From IMG/VR virus record IMGVR_UViG_3300028840_002185, positions 1-64,000 of that record: a stretch of DNA of 64,000 nucleotides; one strand, given 5' to 3'. The position numbers were made by a program, and so were the translations under genes. The notes under the pieces are model-generated. The model was given only the letters and a program-made list of their open reading frames with translations, did not search any database and was not told the origin of the DNA. This DNA comes from a virus. Of the stretch, positions 47,837 through 56,299 are shown piece by piece (position 1 is the stretch's first letter; the number at the start of each line of letters is the position of its first letter).

Positions 47837-48503
47837 AGCACCAATTATACCACGCAAAGCATTCATTGAGTTGATTGAGGAAATGGATCTTGATGACTTT
47901 ATGACAATTAACTTTAAATGTCTAAAGTTTGTATCAGGTAATATCTCTTTGACTGAGCTATTTCATATTGCAATGACCGTTTCTTTATTCCGGCCTAATT
48001 GGATTATGGAATTTGGCACATTTAATGGCAGAACTACATTGAATATGGCAATCAACAATGAACATGCAAATATTATAACAATTGATCTTCCAAAAAACCA
48101 AGTCAATCGTACACGTTATCCATTAGAAAGCAAAGGAACCAATAAATTACAATTGGATGAAACTGGATACGTTGGATTGAAAGGAAAACTCTGGACAGGT
48201 CAATCAAGTGAAATTGTTCAACGCATTACTCAAGTATGGTCTGATACTGCAAAAGTAAAATTCAATCAATATAAAGATAAAATTGATTTTCTTTTTATTG
48301 ATGCATCCCACACTTACGAAAATTGCAAGAATGATTCATACAATGGTCATAAGGTAATTAAAAAACATGGAATCATTTACTGGCATGATTACGCAGGATG
48401 GCCTGGAGTCACAAAAGCATTGAATGAATATTATATCAATGAAGGTGAACCAGAAAAGATGTATTGGTTTGATAACACTTCTATTGTTGGGAGATTTTTT
48501 TAA
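47829..48503 (+). CDS. class I SAM-dependent methyltransferase (Methyltransf_24-like)
   Basis: IMEFGTFNGRTTLNMA (motif I region), FLFIDASHTYENCKNDS and GIIYWHDY. Confidence 0.7.
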   Translation: MTEAPIIPRKAFIELIEEMDLDDFMTINFKCLKFVSGNISLTELFHIAMTVSLFRPNWIMEFGTFNGRTTLNMAINNEHANIITIDLPKNQVNRTRYPLESKGTNKLQLDETGYVGLKGKLWTGQSSEIVQRITQVWSDTAKVKFNQYKDKIDFLFIDASHTYENCKNDSYNGHKVIKKHGIIYWHDYAGWPGVTKALNEYYINEGEPEKMYWFDNTSIVGRFF

Positions 48504-49492
48504 TGAGCAAAATAATTATTTCTTTTATGGATCAAAAGAGTAAACCAAAAAATCCAGATAATTTATTTGGAATTCTTGATACTGAAAATGAACATTTTGA
48601 ATGGATTAAATTGTCTCATTTAAACAATACCAACAATTTTGTACATGGTATGGGAATGACTTATAATCAAAATTATTTCTGTGCCGGAATAATCCCAATA
48701 AGAGAAAGACTAACTTCAAATATTCTCACCATAAACCTTGAAACTGGTGAGAAAAAAATAACATATTTACATTTTACAAAAGCAATTCATGGCATGACTA
48801 CTTTAGATAATAACAGATTATTAGTCAATGCTACTCAAAACGATTGTGTTGTGGAGTTGTGTCTTAACAATGGATGGGTTGTTACTGAAGATCTTTATCA
48901 TCATTTTTTATCCAAAGACTATTGGGAAGAAATAAGGAGAAGATATTGTGATTTAAGACAGGATCAAATTATCTATCGTGGGCCTACATATGTGGACGAT
49001 AATTATCACAACAATTCATTATTTAAATTTAAAAACCATATCTATGCAACCATGTTTAGAGGATTACCACATATGCAAGGCGTAGATGGTGGAGGAGCAA
49101 TGTTTAATTTAAAAAATGGAAATGTGATAATAGATAATTTATCTCAACCTCATACTGCTTTTGTTGATTCGATGAAAAATCCTTGTGTATGTAATTCCTC
49201 CCAATTCACTTTTATTGTCAAAGGTAAGTTTAAAATTGCCCTTGACGGATATACAAGGGGGATACATGAAGACAAACAAAAAAGCGGATATTGGATTGGT
49301 ATATCAGCATACCGCAAATACAATGCAAAATTATCAAAATGGATTGAAAAGTATCGTGGAGACCAACCTCTTAAAGGAGCAAGAATTCAATTTGTCAGTT
49401 ATGATGGACAGATCGGAAATACTATCGAGCTTTCGCAGTATGGTAAAGAAATATTTGATCTCTTGCCCTACAAAAACGGAAAATGGAATTAA
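48503..49492 (+). CDS. hypothetical protein (329 aa), possibly DUF4915/TIGR03032-like
   Basis: TAATG coupling to the methyltransferase. The family guess comes only from general resemblance (HG..., RG...-rich repeats). Confidence 0.55.
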   Translation: MSKIIISFMDQKSKPKNPDNLFGILDTENEHFEWIKLSHLNNTNNFVHGMGMTYNQNYFCAGIIPIRERLTSNILTINLETGEKKITYLHFTKAIHGMTTLDNNRLLVNATQNDCVVELCLNNGWVVTEDLYHHFLSKDYWEEIRRRYCDLRQDQIIYRGPTYVDDNYHNNSLFKFKNHIYATMFRGLPHMQGVDGGGAMFNLKNGNVIIDNLSQPHTAFVDSMKNPCVCNSSQFTFIVKGKFKIALDGYTRGIHEDKQKSGYWIGISAYRKYNAKLSKWIEKYRGDQPLKGARIQFVSYDGQIGNTIELSQYGKEIFDLLPYKNGKWN

Positions 49493-49509
49493 AAAAAGGA
49501 GAGTTAAAA

Positions 49510-49716
49510 ATGAAAAGACACGCAAAGGCAAAAATCCGTAATCTGATTAATCTGGAAGAAAAAGATGGTTTGACCAAAACCATTAAACGATTGCAAAAGA
49601 GATACAGTTATCTTTTAAGCAATCGTAACCGTATTGGTGGAGAATCAAGGCAGATGAAATATATTCAATACCATATGAAGAAATATCAGAGAATGTATCA
49701 GGAGGGAATTAGATGA
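49510..49716 (+). CDS. small basic protein (68 aa)
   Basis: ATG 49510 preceded by AAAGGAGAG. The track start at 49483 lies inside the previous gene. Confidence 0.55.
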   Translation: MKRHAKAKIRNLINLEEKDGLTKTIKRLQKRYSYLLSNRNRIGGESRQMKYIQYHMKKYQRMYQEGIR

Positions 49717-49931
49717 AGCGTGGAAATGTTAGAACATCTAAAAAGTACATAGTGGATTCTGAAGGAAACAAAACAATCAAATATGAGATCCAAGGAAAAC
49801 GCAATGGTATTTGGATGACTGTTCATGAAATGGATAAAACAACTAAAAAGAAAACTCCCATGATCTATGATACTATTGAAGAAGCTGAAAAACAGTTGTT
49901 AAAGATAGTTCAGCAAATAAAAGGGAGGTAA
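49713..49931 (+). CDS. hypothetical protein (72 aa)
   Basis: ATGA overlap upstream and CAGGAGGG RBS. Confidence 0.6.
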   Translation: MKRGNVRTSKKYIVDSEGNKTIKYEIQGKRNGIWMTVHEMDKTTKKKTPMIYDTIEEAEKQLLKIVQQIKGR

Positions 49932-49934
49932 TTA

Positions 49935-50156
49935 ATGGATCTCAAAGATGCTAAGTTTCTATTGAAAGAATTAAGAAGTGATGAATGTGCCTGTGGTAAA
50001 TATAAAAAATCAGGCTTTTCGTTTTGTTATAGTTGTTACTCCAGTTTGTCAAATGACTTACAAAAGAAGTTGTACAGGAGATTCGGAAATGGATATGAAG
50101 AAGCCTATGAAGAAGCATATGGATGGCTCAGAACTTGGGAATGGGATGATGAATGA
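49935..50156 (+). CDS. small Cys-rich protein (73 aa)
   Basis: Contains CAC....CYSCY. AGGGAGG RBS. Confidence 0.6.
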   Translation: MDLKDAKFLLKELRSDECACGKYKKSGFSFCYSCYSSLSNDLQKKLYRRFGNGYEEAYEEAYGWLRTWEWDDE

Positions 50157-50598
50157 CTTCTACAAAAACATGGTTTCATTGGAGATAGATACTAATAAGT
50201 TAATCAAAAAAGTTTGGGGATGGGAATACTGGATAATCAATTGTGAACAATATTGTGGTAAAATCTTAATTGTTAAAAAAGATCATATCTGCTCAACTCA
50301 TTATCATCAAAAGAAACACGAAACCTTTCATATATTATCTGGTCATCTCTACATGGAGTATGATATAGACTTTACTGAAAGAACCCATTGGAGAATGATT
50401 CCAGGGGATACTTTAATTGTTCCACCTTATACTAAACATGCTTTTGGTGGCATTACCGATGTTAAATTTCTTGAAATATCAACTCAACATTTTGAAAATG
50501 ATAGCTATCGTGATAATCAAAGTCGATATGTTGAAAATGGTTCTGAAGAATGGTATAATAATTCATCTAAATATGTAAATGGAGGTAATCAATGTTGA
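50146..50598 (+). CDS. cupin-fold sugar isomerase/epimerase-like protein
   Basis: WGWEYW..GKILIVKKDHICSTHYHQKKHETFHILSG ... GDTLIVPPYTKHAFG gives the two cupin motifs. I start it at ATG 50146, overlapping the previous stop. The track's 49978 start would overlap the whole previous gene. Confidence 0.6.
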   Translation: MMNDFYKNMVSLEIDTNKLIKKVWGWEYWIINCEQYCGKILIVKKDHICSTHYHQKKHETFHILSGHLYMEYDIDFTERTHWRMIPGDTLIVPPYTKHAFGGITDVKFLEISTQHFENDSYRDNQSRYVENGSEEWYNNSSKYVNGGNQC

Positions 50599-51110
50599 GA
50601 AGATCAAATAATTTAATTTGGTTTTTTATTGGTGTTTTAATAATTATTCTTCTTACTGTAATCTATGAAAAAGTTAGTGCGGAAGAATTAACTGCTCATT
50701 ATAATATTACTCTTTATACAATGAGTACAGATCAGCAGTTAACAGTTGCTTGGGATGATACCAATCCAGATATACAAGAGACTTTTGAATTTTATTTGTG
50801 GAATCATGGTGAACAAAGAAAATATGCAATTGGACAAACTCAGCAATTGCAAGTAACTACATTTATTCCACGTACAGGTCTTTATGCTTTCTTTGCAAGA
50901 GCCTGTGATAATGTTACTACTTTACCTACTTCATTAACTGAAAATGAAGTTACAGAGTACAAATGTTCTGAGTATGCTTCATCAGTAATGGAACAACCTG
51001 ATGGAACACCCTATGGTGTTGTAAAAGATCCGGCAACAGGACAATTAACTCCTGGCAAATGGATGATTTACGGACACGTTGGCGCACCTACTGGTGGTGG
51101 AGTCGAATAA
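50592..51110 (+). CDS. membrane-anchored protein with an FN3/Ig-like domain (172 aa)
   Basis: N-terminal TM segment LIWFFIGVLIIILLTVIY. TVAWDD...FEFYLW...YAFFARAC has a beta-sandwich-like pattern. Confidence 0.55.
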   Translation: MLRRSNNLIWFFIGVLIIILLTVIYEKVSAEELTAHYNITLYTMSTDQQLTVAWDDTNPDIQETFEFYLWNHGEQRKYAIGQTQQLQVTTFIPRTGLYAFFARACDNVTTLPTSLTENEVTEYKCSEYASSVMEQPDGTPYGVVKDPATGQLTPGKWMIYGHVGAPTGGGVE

Positions 51111-51156
51111 TCGATTCCTAATCTTATAATATATTATTTAATAGGAGGATTTTATT

Positions 51157-51495
51157 ATGGCAGCTATGCTAAAGTTCAAACCGAGTACATCAGCAGACGT
51201 TGCGAGTTACAAACTGTTCCTCAAGCCTGATGAACCGAATGTGACTCTTGACAAAAACAATGCATCTCAAACAGTCGATCTTGGCAATCCTGCACCAGAC
51301 ACAGATGGATTCATTAAAGTCAATTTGCAAGCCATTCCTCAATTGGCAAACCTTGATGGAATGTATGATCTTGGTGTTTGTGCTGTGGATGATGCCGGAA
51401 ATGAATCACCATTACTGTTACAGGGGCTTGCCGATATAAGCCTGGATTTTTTGGCTCCAAGCCCTCCTTCGGAAGCAAGCGTTTACTGGATTTAA
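51157..51495 (+). CDS. FN3/Ig-like domain protein (112 aa)
   Basis: VASYKLFLKP ... YDLGVCAVDDAGNESP is typical of FN3-like phage domains. TAGGAGG RBS. Confidence 0.55.
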   Translation: MAAMLKFKPSTSADVASYKLFLKPDEPNVTLDKNNASQTVDLGNPAPDTDGFIKVNLQAIPQLANLDGMYDLGVCAVDDAGNESPLLLQGLADISLDFLAPSPPSEASVYWI

Positions 51496-51646
51496 TTATA
51501 CAATATCCTGAATGCTATTATTCCAGTAAAAATGTCGGTCAGTTTCTAAAATGTGTTGATAAACAAGCACCGATTAAAAAAAAAGTCTTGGAAGTATTAG
51601 CATATTACTTTCCTTAGACAATCCGATTGAAGGGCAGTAGTAAAAT

Positions 51647-51670
51647 AGCAGGGGTTTAAAAGCCCCTGCT
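51647..51670 (+). terminator. weak terminator-like hairpin
   Basis: AGCAGGGG (51647-51654) pairs with CCCCTGCT (51663-51670). The U-tract is poor. Confidence 0.3.
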
Positions 51671-51684
51671 TAATTCAAAGAGTA

Positions 51685-52029
51685 TTGGGAGGAATAGTGG
51701 CTTATCTTTATGATCCAAGGGTTAAAACCTTTGTGGATACAAACAATCCTGCAATTATTATGGCTGATGCCATGATAAGAATAGGAGCAATCGAACCAGA
51801 TGATAAATTCTGGCAAAAAATAGAGTTATTGGCTAATTATGCTGATTCAGGAAATGGAATCGGCCCGATGATAAAAACAGAATATGAAAAGGAATTAAAA
51901 AAAAGCAAACCTAAACGAAAACCAAGAAAAAAGAAAACACAAACAAATTCTGAAGTAATTGAATTACCAAAAAAGAGATTAACACTTAAAGCAAAGATCA
52001 ATGGAAGCAAAAAGAAAAATATGGTTTGA
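51685..52029 (+). CDS. hypothetical protein with a Lys-rich C-terminus
   Basis: TTG start in the track. An in-frame GTG at 51697 sits 4 nt after GGAGG, so the start is uncertain. Confidence 0.5.
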   Translation: MGGIVAYLYDPRVKTFVDTNNPAIIMADAMIRIGAIEPDDKFWQKIELLANYADSGNGIGPMIKTEYEKELKKSKPKRKPRKKKTQTNSEVIELPKKRLTLKAKINGSKKKNMV

Positions 52030-52423
52030 TCCTGAGTATCGGAAAATCAAACGTCATCGATTAAGTTTTTTCTGTCCGATGTTTAATACTCAGTTATCCG
52101 GTTGCAATATGACTTGCAATCCATGTCTTGCTTTAAAATACAGAAAAGAGGAAACAACCATAGTTAATGTTAAAACGGATGACTATGATATTTATATAGG
52201 CAGAGGTTCAAAGTGGGGAAATAGGTATCGTATCGGAGAGGATGGAACCAGAGAGGAAGTAATTGAAAAATATAAAGCAGACAAGTTAGAAGATCCCTAT
52301 TTCCTGATGGACGTTGTTAGGCAACTGCAAGGAATGAGATTAGGTTGCCATTGTAAACCCTTAAATTGTCACGGTGACTTCCTTGTTGAAGTGGCAGAAG
52401 GGAGAATTAAATATGGAGACTGA
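52001..52423 (+). CDS. DUF4326-domain protein
   Basis: YDIYIGRGSKWGNRYRIGEDGTREEVIEKYK ... LGCHCKPLNCHGDFL matches the DUF4326 pattern. The start is uncertain because there is no clear RBS. Confidence 0.6.
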   Translation: MEAKRKIWFDPEYRKIKRHRLSFFCPMFNTQLSGCNMTCNPCLALKYRKEETTIVNVKTDDYDIYIGRGSKWGNRYRIGEDGTREEVIEKYKADKLEDPYFLMDVVRQLQGMRLGCHCKPLNCHGDFLVEVAEGRIKYGD

Positions 52424-52793
52424 ATTTTTAATTCGATTGACCATCGTATTATTAAGAGTTTGGTTATCCACTTATGGACAGGATTACGGAGTACAAAACG
52501 ATCCATTTATTTTCTTTTTAGAAGGCAATCGTTTTGTTGTCACCGGAGAATTTAAAGACGTTGAAAAAATAGTCTTATGTAATAACGAATATTTACATAA
52601 GTGTGATTTTCTTAACGAACAAAAGATTATTCTAAAAGGTGAAACTCAAATACTTCTTGAGGTATCAACATATCCCTGGAATTTTGGAGATCCTGTCTGG
52701 TATCATACAGTACCGTCACATGGCAAAGGCTATCGTTTTATTATTGGTCAGATCTATGATCAAATAACCCCTATCGAGAAAGGAGGATATTAA
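52413..52793 (+). CDS. hypothetical protein (126 aa)
   Basis: ATG 52413 after AGGGAGA. The track start at 52374 lies inside the previous gene. Confidence 0.55.
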   Translation: METEFLIRLTIVLLRVWLSTYGQDYGVQNDPFIFFLEGNRFVVTGEFKDVEKIVLCNNEYLHKCDFLNEQKIILKGETQILLEVSTYPWNFGDPVWYHTVPSHGKGYRFIIGQIYDQITPIEKGGY

Positions 52794-52795
52794 TA

Positions 52796-53059
52796 TTGTT
52801 TAAAAAGAAATCTAAACCTGAAGATCAATTGGATATAATTAATCGCAAGATCTTTGAAATTTTCTTTTATGTCAAATGGGTATTAATTGCTTTATTTGTT
52901 TATCTTACTATATTAACCATATCTGAGGGCGTTTTCACGTTGCAAAACATAAATAGTAATGCCGTAGGAAGGAGCAGACCGTGGGAAACAAAACAAACTT
53001 ATCGTGTTTCCAATCAAAACCCAAATTTAGAATTGTCATCCGAAATAATAAATATGTAG
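52796..53059 (+). CDS. small membrane protein (87 aa)
   Basis: TTG start 9 nt after AAAGGAGG. TM segment WVLIALFVYLTILTI. Confidence 0.5.
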   Translation: MFKKKSKPEDQLDIINRKIFEIFFYVKWVLIALFVYLTILTISEGVFTLQNINSNAVGRSRPWETKQTYRVSNQNPNLELSSEIINM

Positions 53060-53241
53060 CTCAACAATTTTGTGGAATCTGGAGAATTGGATTCTATTGG
53101 GATATTACTTGTAATCAATATGCTTATGAATATCAATTTGAGCATACAACCAGAGCAGAAGCAGAGTTGATCCTTCACCAAGCAATGAAGGATTATAAAC
53201 ATAAATCCTACACTATAAAGGAGTATGAGACATGCAAGTAA
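52981..53241 (+). CDS. hypothetical protein (86 aa)
   Basis: GTG start after AGGAAGGAG. Overlaps the previous ORF by 79 nt in another frame. Confidence 0.45.
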   Translation: MGNKTNLSCFQSKPKFRIVIRNNKYVAQQFCGIWRIGFYWDITCNQYAYEYQFEHTTRAEAELILHQAMKDYKHKSYTIKEYETCK

Positions 53242-53516
53242 TTATGAACAGATCAAGTTTTGAGGTATTTATTGGTGATTTATCTCCTGAAGCATCTGTG
53301 ACTATGCAATTCAAAGATGAAAAACCTTTGAAAGACAAAGCAGATGAAGAAGGAAATGTTTATTTTGACTGTAAAAAAATAATTCCCAAAAAGTTAAGGG
53401 AAGAAGTTGTTATTGCAGTTAATGAAAAGGGTAAACCGAATATGGAATATGTTTATGAGATCAGAATGACTAAACTTGTATCTAAACGTATTATTGAAGT
53501 TAGAAAGGAGAAATGA
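53232..53516 (+). CDS. hypothetical protein (94 aa)
   Basis: AAGGAG RBS 8 nt upstream. Confidence 0.6.
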   Translation: MQVIMNRSSFEVFIGDLSPEASVTMQFKDEKPLKDKADEEGNVYFDCKKIIPKKLREEVVIAVNEKGKPNMEYVYEIRMTKLVSKRIIEVRKEK

Positions 53517-53929
53517 TGAACAAGAATCAAAGAAACATTGCTGATGCTGCTGCTAAACTGGCCTTTCAAAAAAAAAGATCTACGATGCCTGGGAATCAAA
53601 TGGTAAATATCGATCCTGAAGTAATTAAAAAAGGTGAAGATATGCTTTGTCAAAACGAGATTCCCGATCCTGAAAAGTCTGGAGAGTTCTTTACTTGTGG
53701 TGGCCCAATCTTTGTCGATGCTTACCGATTGAAATATGTCTCTCCAATCATGTCTCCCACCGGACAACAAACTGTAGGCAATGTCATGATTGGAAAGATC
53801 TGTGTTGCCTGTGGTAAAGTCTTCAGTCCTGATGAATGGTTAGCTAAACGAAACAAAAACGTTGAGGAAGGCATTCAGGATAAAAGAGATGGTGGACTCT
53901 TGGATGAAAAAGGCAATCCTATTAAATAA
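53513..53929 (+). CDS. hypothetical protein (138 aa)
   Basis: ATGA overlap upstream. Contains CVAC plus an upstream Cys. Confidence 0.6.
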   Translation: MMNKNQRNIADAAAKLAFQKKRSTMPGNQMVNIDPEVIKKGEDMLCQNEIPDPEKSGEFFTCGGPIFVDAYRLKYVSPIMSPTGQQTVGNVMIGKICVACGKVFSPDEWLAKRNKNVEEGIQDKRDGGLLDEKGNPIK

Positions 53930-53958
53930 AAATTGATTATTTAGAAAGGTGAAATATA

Positions 53959-54174
53959 ATGGTCTGGATAATTCTTGTGTTGTTAGGATTGGCTTTTCAT
54001 ATTTTTATGCAATATCATTTTTGGTGGTGGCTACCTCAGATATTTTTAATGTCTTTTTTATTCATTTTGCCTTGGTGGAGTAAATTATGCAAATTAAACA
54101 ATCAGTCGGATTGCTTGTCTTGTCAGGATTGCTCACAATGTCCTTATTTGGATGCATCAGACGATACGATGTGA
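53959..54174 (+). CDS. small membrane protein with a Cys-rich tail (71 aa)
   Basis: Two hydrophobic segments, then CLSCQDCSQC. Confidence 0.55.
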   Translation: MVWIILVLLGLAFHIFMQYHFWWWLPQIFLMSFLFILPWWSKLCKLNNQSDCLSCQDCSQCPYLDASDDTM

Positions 54175-54213
54175 AGTTTTCCGTTGTGATTGGAAAATAA
54201 GGAGGAAACTTAA

Positions 54214-54417
54214 ATGTCGTGGGAACTGTGGTACTTCAATCATTGGCTAATGCATTTAATTTATTTTACTGCCGGACTAATTATTATTTTTGCAATGGCA
54301 TCCAATTATTATATTAGTTGGAAACAAAAAATGATAATTTTTGATCGATTGGAACGATATTCCAAATTAAGTGCCATAGATCCACATACCAAAATTGCAA
54401 AGGAGTTTGAAAAATGA
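54214..54417 (+). CDS. small membrane protein (67 aa)
   Basis: TAAGGAGG RBS. TM segment LIYFTAGLIIIFAMA. Confidence 0.6.
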   Translation: MSWELWYFNHWLMHLIYFTAGLIIIFAMASNYYISWKQKMIIFDRLERYSKLSAIDPHTKIAKEFEK

Positions 54418-54599
54418 CACTTGAATCAATGATGTTGTATCAATGCTCAGTATGTGGCAATGCAATGTGTGGAATTGAATGGGATGAACACCCAGGACAA
54501 TTAAAAGATTTCAAATGTCCATCATGTCTACACCTGTTAAATGAAGACGAATTATATTCAGAAGAAATTGAAAAGGAGGATGATAGCAATGAAAGATGA
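54414..54599 (+). CDS. zinc-ribbon protein (61 aa)
   Basis: CSVC...CPSC. ATGA overlap upstream. Confidence 0.6.
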   Translation: MTLESMMLYQCSVCGNAMCGIEWDEHPGQLKDFKCPSCLHLLNEDELYSEEIEKEDDSNER

Positions 54600-54999
54600 C
54601 TTTGCTCCATCTGTCGGAGAAAACAAAATTTCAAACAAAAAACCTATTACCATACATGAAAAAGTTCAATTGAAAGCAGGTCAATTAGCTGAAGAATTAG
54701 ACGAGCTAATTGAGGAGAAACCTTTGAACAATATGTTAGAGATGCTTGAGAAGATCAGCAGCATCTTTAAATTTACATTGGGCCAGAAAGTTCGTAACCG
54801 TCATAGTGAAGATGGTTATATCGAGCTATGTGGTATCGACTATCGTGGTGTTATCTATCTGGTTCACATGCCTGGGAATCATCACACATGGTACACAGAG
54901 TTTGAATTGAAACCTGTCTATAGTTCTGAAAATGACAAAGAATCCAACATTAATCTGAAAAGTAATCAAAAGATAAAGACAGACATACCTCAACCATAA
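54589..54999 (+). CDS. hypothetical protein (136 aa)
   Basis: ATG 54589 after AAAAGGAGG. The track start at 54541 lies inside the previous gene. Confidence 0.6.
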   Translation: MKDDFAPSVGENKISNKKPITIHEKVQLKAGQLAEELDELIEEKPLNNMLEMLEKISSIFKFTLGQKVRNRHSEDGYIELCGIDYRGVIYLVHMPGNHHTWYTEFELKPVYSSENDKESNINLKSNQKIKTDIPQP

Positions 55000-55013
55000 G
55001 AGAAACCAATCCA

Positions 55014-55103
55014 ATGCATTTTGATCCACTATTTTTATTAATACTGATCATTGCTCTTATCTTAATAATCATTTTAACCTATGATGGAAACAATGACGAA
55101 TGA
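55014..55103 (+). CDS. 29-aa hydrophobic peptide (MHFDPLFLLILIIALILIIILTYDGNNDE)
   Basis: Below the ORF-track size cut-off. Single TM segment, weak RBS. Confidence 0.35.
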   Translation: MHFDPLFLLILIIALILIIILTYDGNNDE

Positions 55104-55116
55104 AAGGAGGTTAATC

Positions 55117-55209
55117 ATGGACGTATGGTTCTATCTCCCATTGATTATTTGGGGGATACTGGTTATCGATGCTTTAATTCAATTAATTAAATGGAGGAAA
55201 TCATGTTAA
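55117..55209 (+). CDS. 30-aa hydrophobic peptide (MDVWFYLPLIIWGILVIDALIQLIKWRKSC)
   Basis: GAAAGGAGG RBS 6 nt upstream. Overlaps the next ATG. Confidence 0.55.
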   Translation: MDVWFYLPLIIWGILVIDALIQLIKWRKSC

Positions 55210-55418
55210 TCTACAAAATCACCTATCAAAAGAAGTATGAAGGTGCAACCATGACTAAAACCAAATGGGCCGGATCTGGTAAAGACGCAGGTTCCATCAG
55301 AAAGAATGCCCGACAGGAACATGGTTATGTTCCCAACTCAGTTCAAACTGCCAAGATCGATGTTCCCACCAAGAAAGACCTGTTGATTGATTGGCTCAAT
55401 ACAATGAAAGTCCGTTAG
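55203..55418 (+). CDS. hypothetical protein (71 aa)
   Basis: ATG 55203 after TGGAGGAAA. The track start is 55191. Confidence 0.6.
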   Translation: MLIYKITYQKKYEGATMTKTKWAGSGKDAGSIRKNARQEHGYVPNSVQTAKIDVPTKKDLLIDWLNTMKVR

Positions 55419-55438
55419 AGCCGTAAGTAATGGTTTAT

Positions 55439-55477
55439 ATGAAGGGTTGTGCTTGCATGACCCTTCATGTCGTTTTT
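55439..55477 (+). terminator. rho-independent terminator
   Basis: ATGAAGGGT (55439-55447) pairs with ACCCTTCAT (55460-55468), followed by GTCGTTTTT. Confidence 0.7.
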
Positions 55478-55509
55478 AGAGCCATAAGTAATGAATAAAG
55501 GAGGTTGTT

Positions 55510-55842
55510 ATGGGTTTAAAATACGAGATAGTCTATTGGGATCATGATGATGAAGGTAAATGTCTATTTGAACAGAATAATCTGGTGTCGTTCCCACCTT
55601 ATCAAATTGATCAACTCATTATATTTTACCGTTATATAGATAAAAATTCTGCAATAAAACCAGTTAATCTTTATGATGGTCTCTATGAAAAAGATAAATT
55701 CAAACGACATGAGGACTTTGCCACCTTTCAAATAAAAGATATTCGTTATATGATTCATGATAAGTATTATATTGGTCATCATGAAGTCATCAATCGTATG
55801 GAAGTATCTATTCAACGTTATGCTCTAAAAGAAAAACGGTAA
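55510..55842 (+). CDS. hypothetical protein (110 aa), last gene of the rightward block
   Basis: AAAGGAGG RBS. Followed by a strong terminator. Confidence 0.65.
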   Translation: MGLKYEIVYWDHDDEGKCLFEQNNLVSFPPYQIDQLIIFYRYIDKNSAIKPVNLYDGLYEKDKFKRHEDFATFQIKDIRYMIHDKYYIGHHEVINRMEVSIQRYALKEKR

Positions 55843-55866
55843 CATATTTCAATATTCAGTTGTTCA

Positions 55867-55902
55867 AGGCTCATTCCTATCCTGGGAATGGGCCTTTTTT
55901 AT
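55867..55902 (+). terminator. rho-independent terminator
   Basis: AGGCTCATTCC (55867-55877) pairs with GGAATGGGCCT (55885-55895, one G-U pair), followed by TTTTTTA. Confidence 0.75.
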
Positions 55903-55921
55903 TTAATTTACGTGTTTTAAT

Positions 55922-55934
55922 CGAGCGAAGCTCG
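55922..55934. other. CGAGCGAAGCTCG mini-hairpin (contains the GCGAAGC core)
   Basis: 5-bp stem with a GAA loop, read directly. d(GCGAAGC) is a known extra-stable DNA hairpin motif. Confidence 0.5.
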
Positions 55935-56272
55935 CACGATCCCCTCTAAAACGACCTCTTATAGCCCCTTTCACAAAATAGGCCGTTTAAATCACTTTAA
56001 AATGGTCTAATCCGACCTAACTCCCCTTATATGATGATAAGTTAGTCTATTTGGGCCTAAAATAGGCTATTTTGGACTAATAATACCTCTTTATCTTGAA
56101 ATTAGTTATATTTTAAGACCTCCCCAAGGGTGAATTTTCCAAATTATATGATATTACGACCCCCTTTTATACATTTCTAATATCAACATGAACGATAGGA
56201 CTTTGAATTTTAGAAAAATTTGTCGCAGGGGGGAGTTAGTATGGCTGAAGTCAATCAATCAAATGGTCGGTA

Positions 56273-56292
56273 ATTGATTGATTGATTGATTG
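56273..56292. repeat. (ATTG)5 tetranucleotide run, inverted relative to the CAATCAATCAA at 56252-56262
   Basis: Read directly: aATTGATTGATTGATTGATTGc. Confidence 0.9.
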
Positions 56293-56299
56293 CAATTGG

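Noticed and set aside
49978-50145. 56-aa N-terminal extension of the cupin ORF, as in the ORF track.
   Set aside because: It completely overlaps the RBS-supported 49935-50156 gene in another frame, and the cupin motifs start only after residue ~70.
55903-56230. A tRNA or other known small RNA gene in the ORF-free junction.
   Set aside because: I found no T-loop GTTCRANYC-type consensus, no acceptor-stem pairing and no cloverleaf. Only a covariance-model scan (tRNAscan/Infernal) could settle this.
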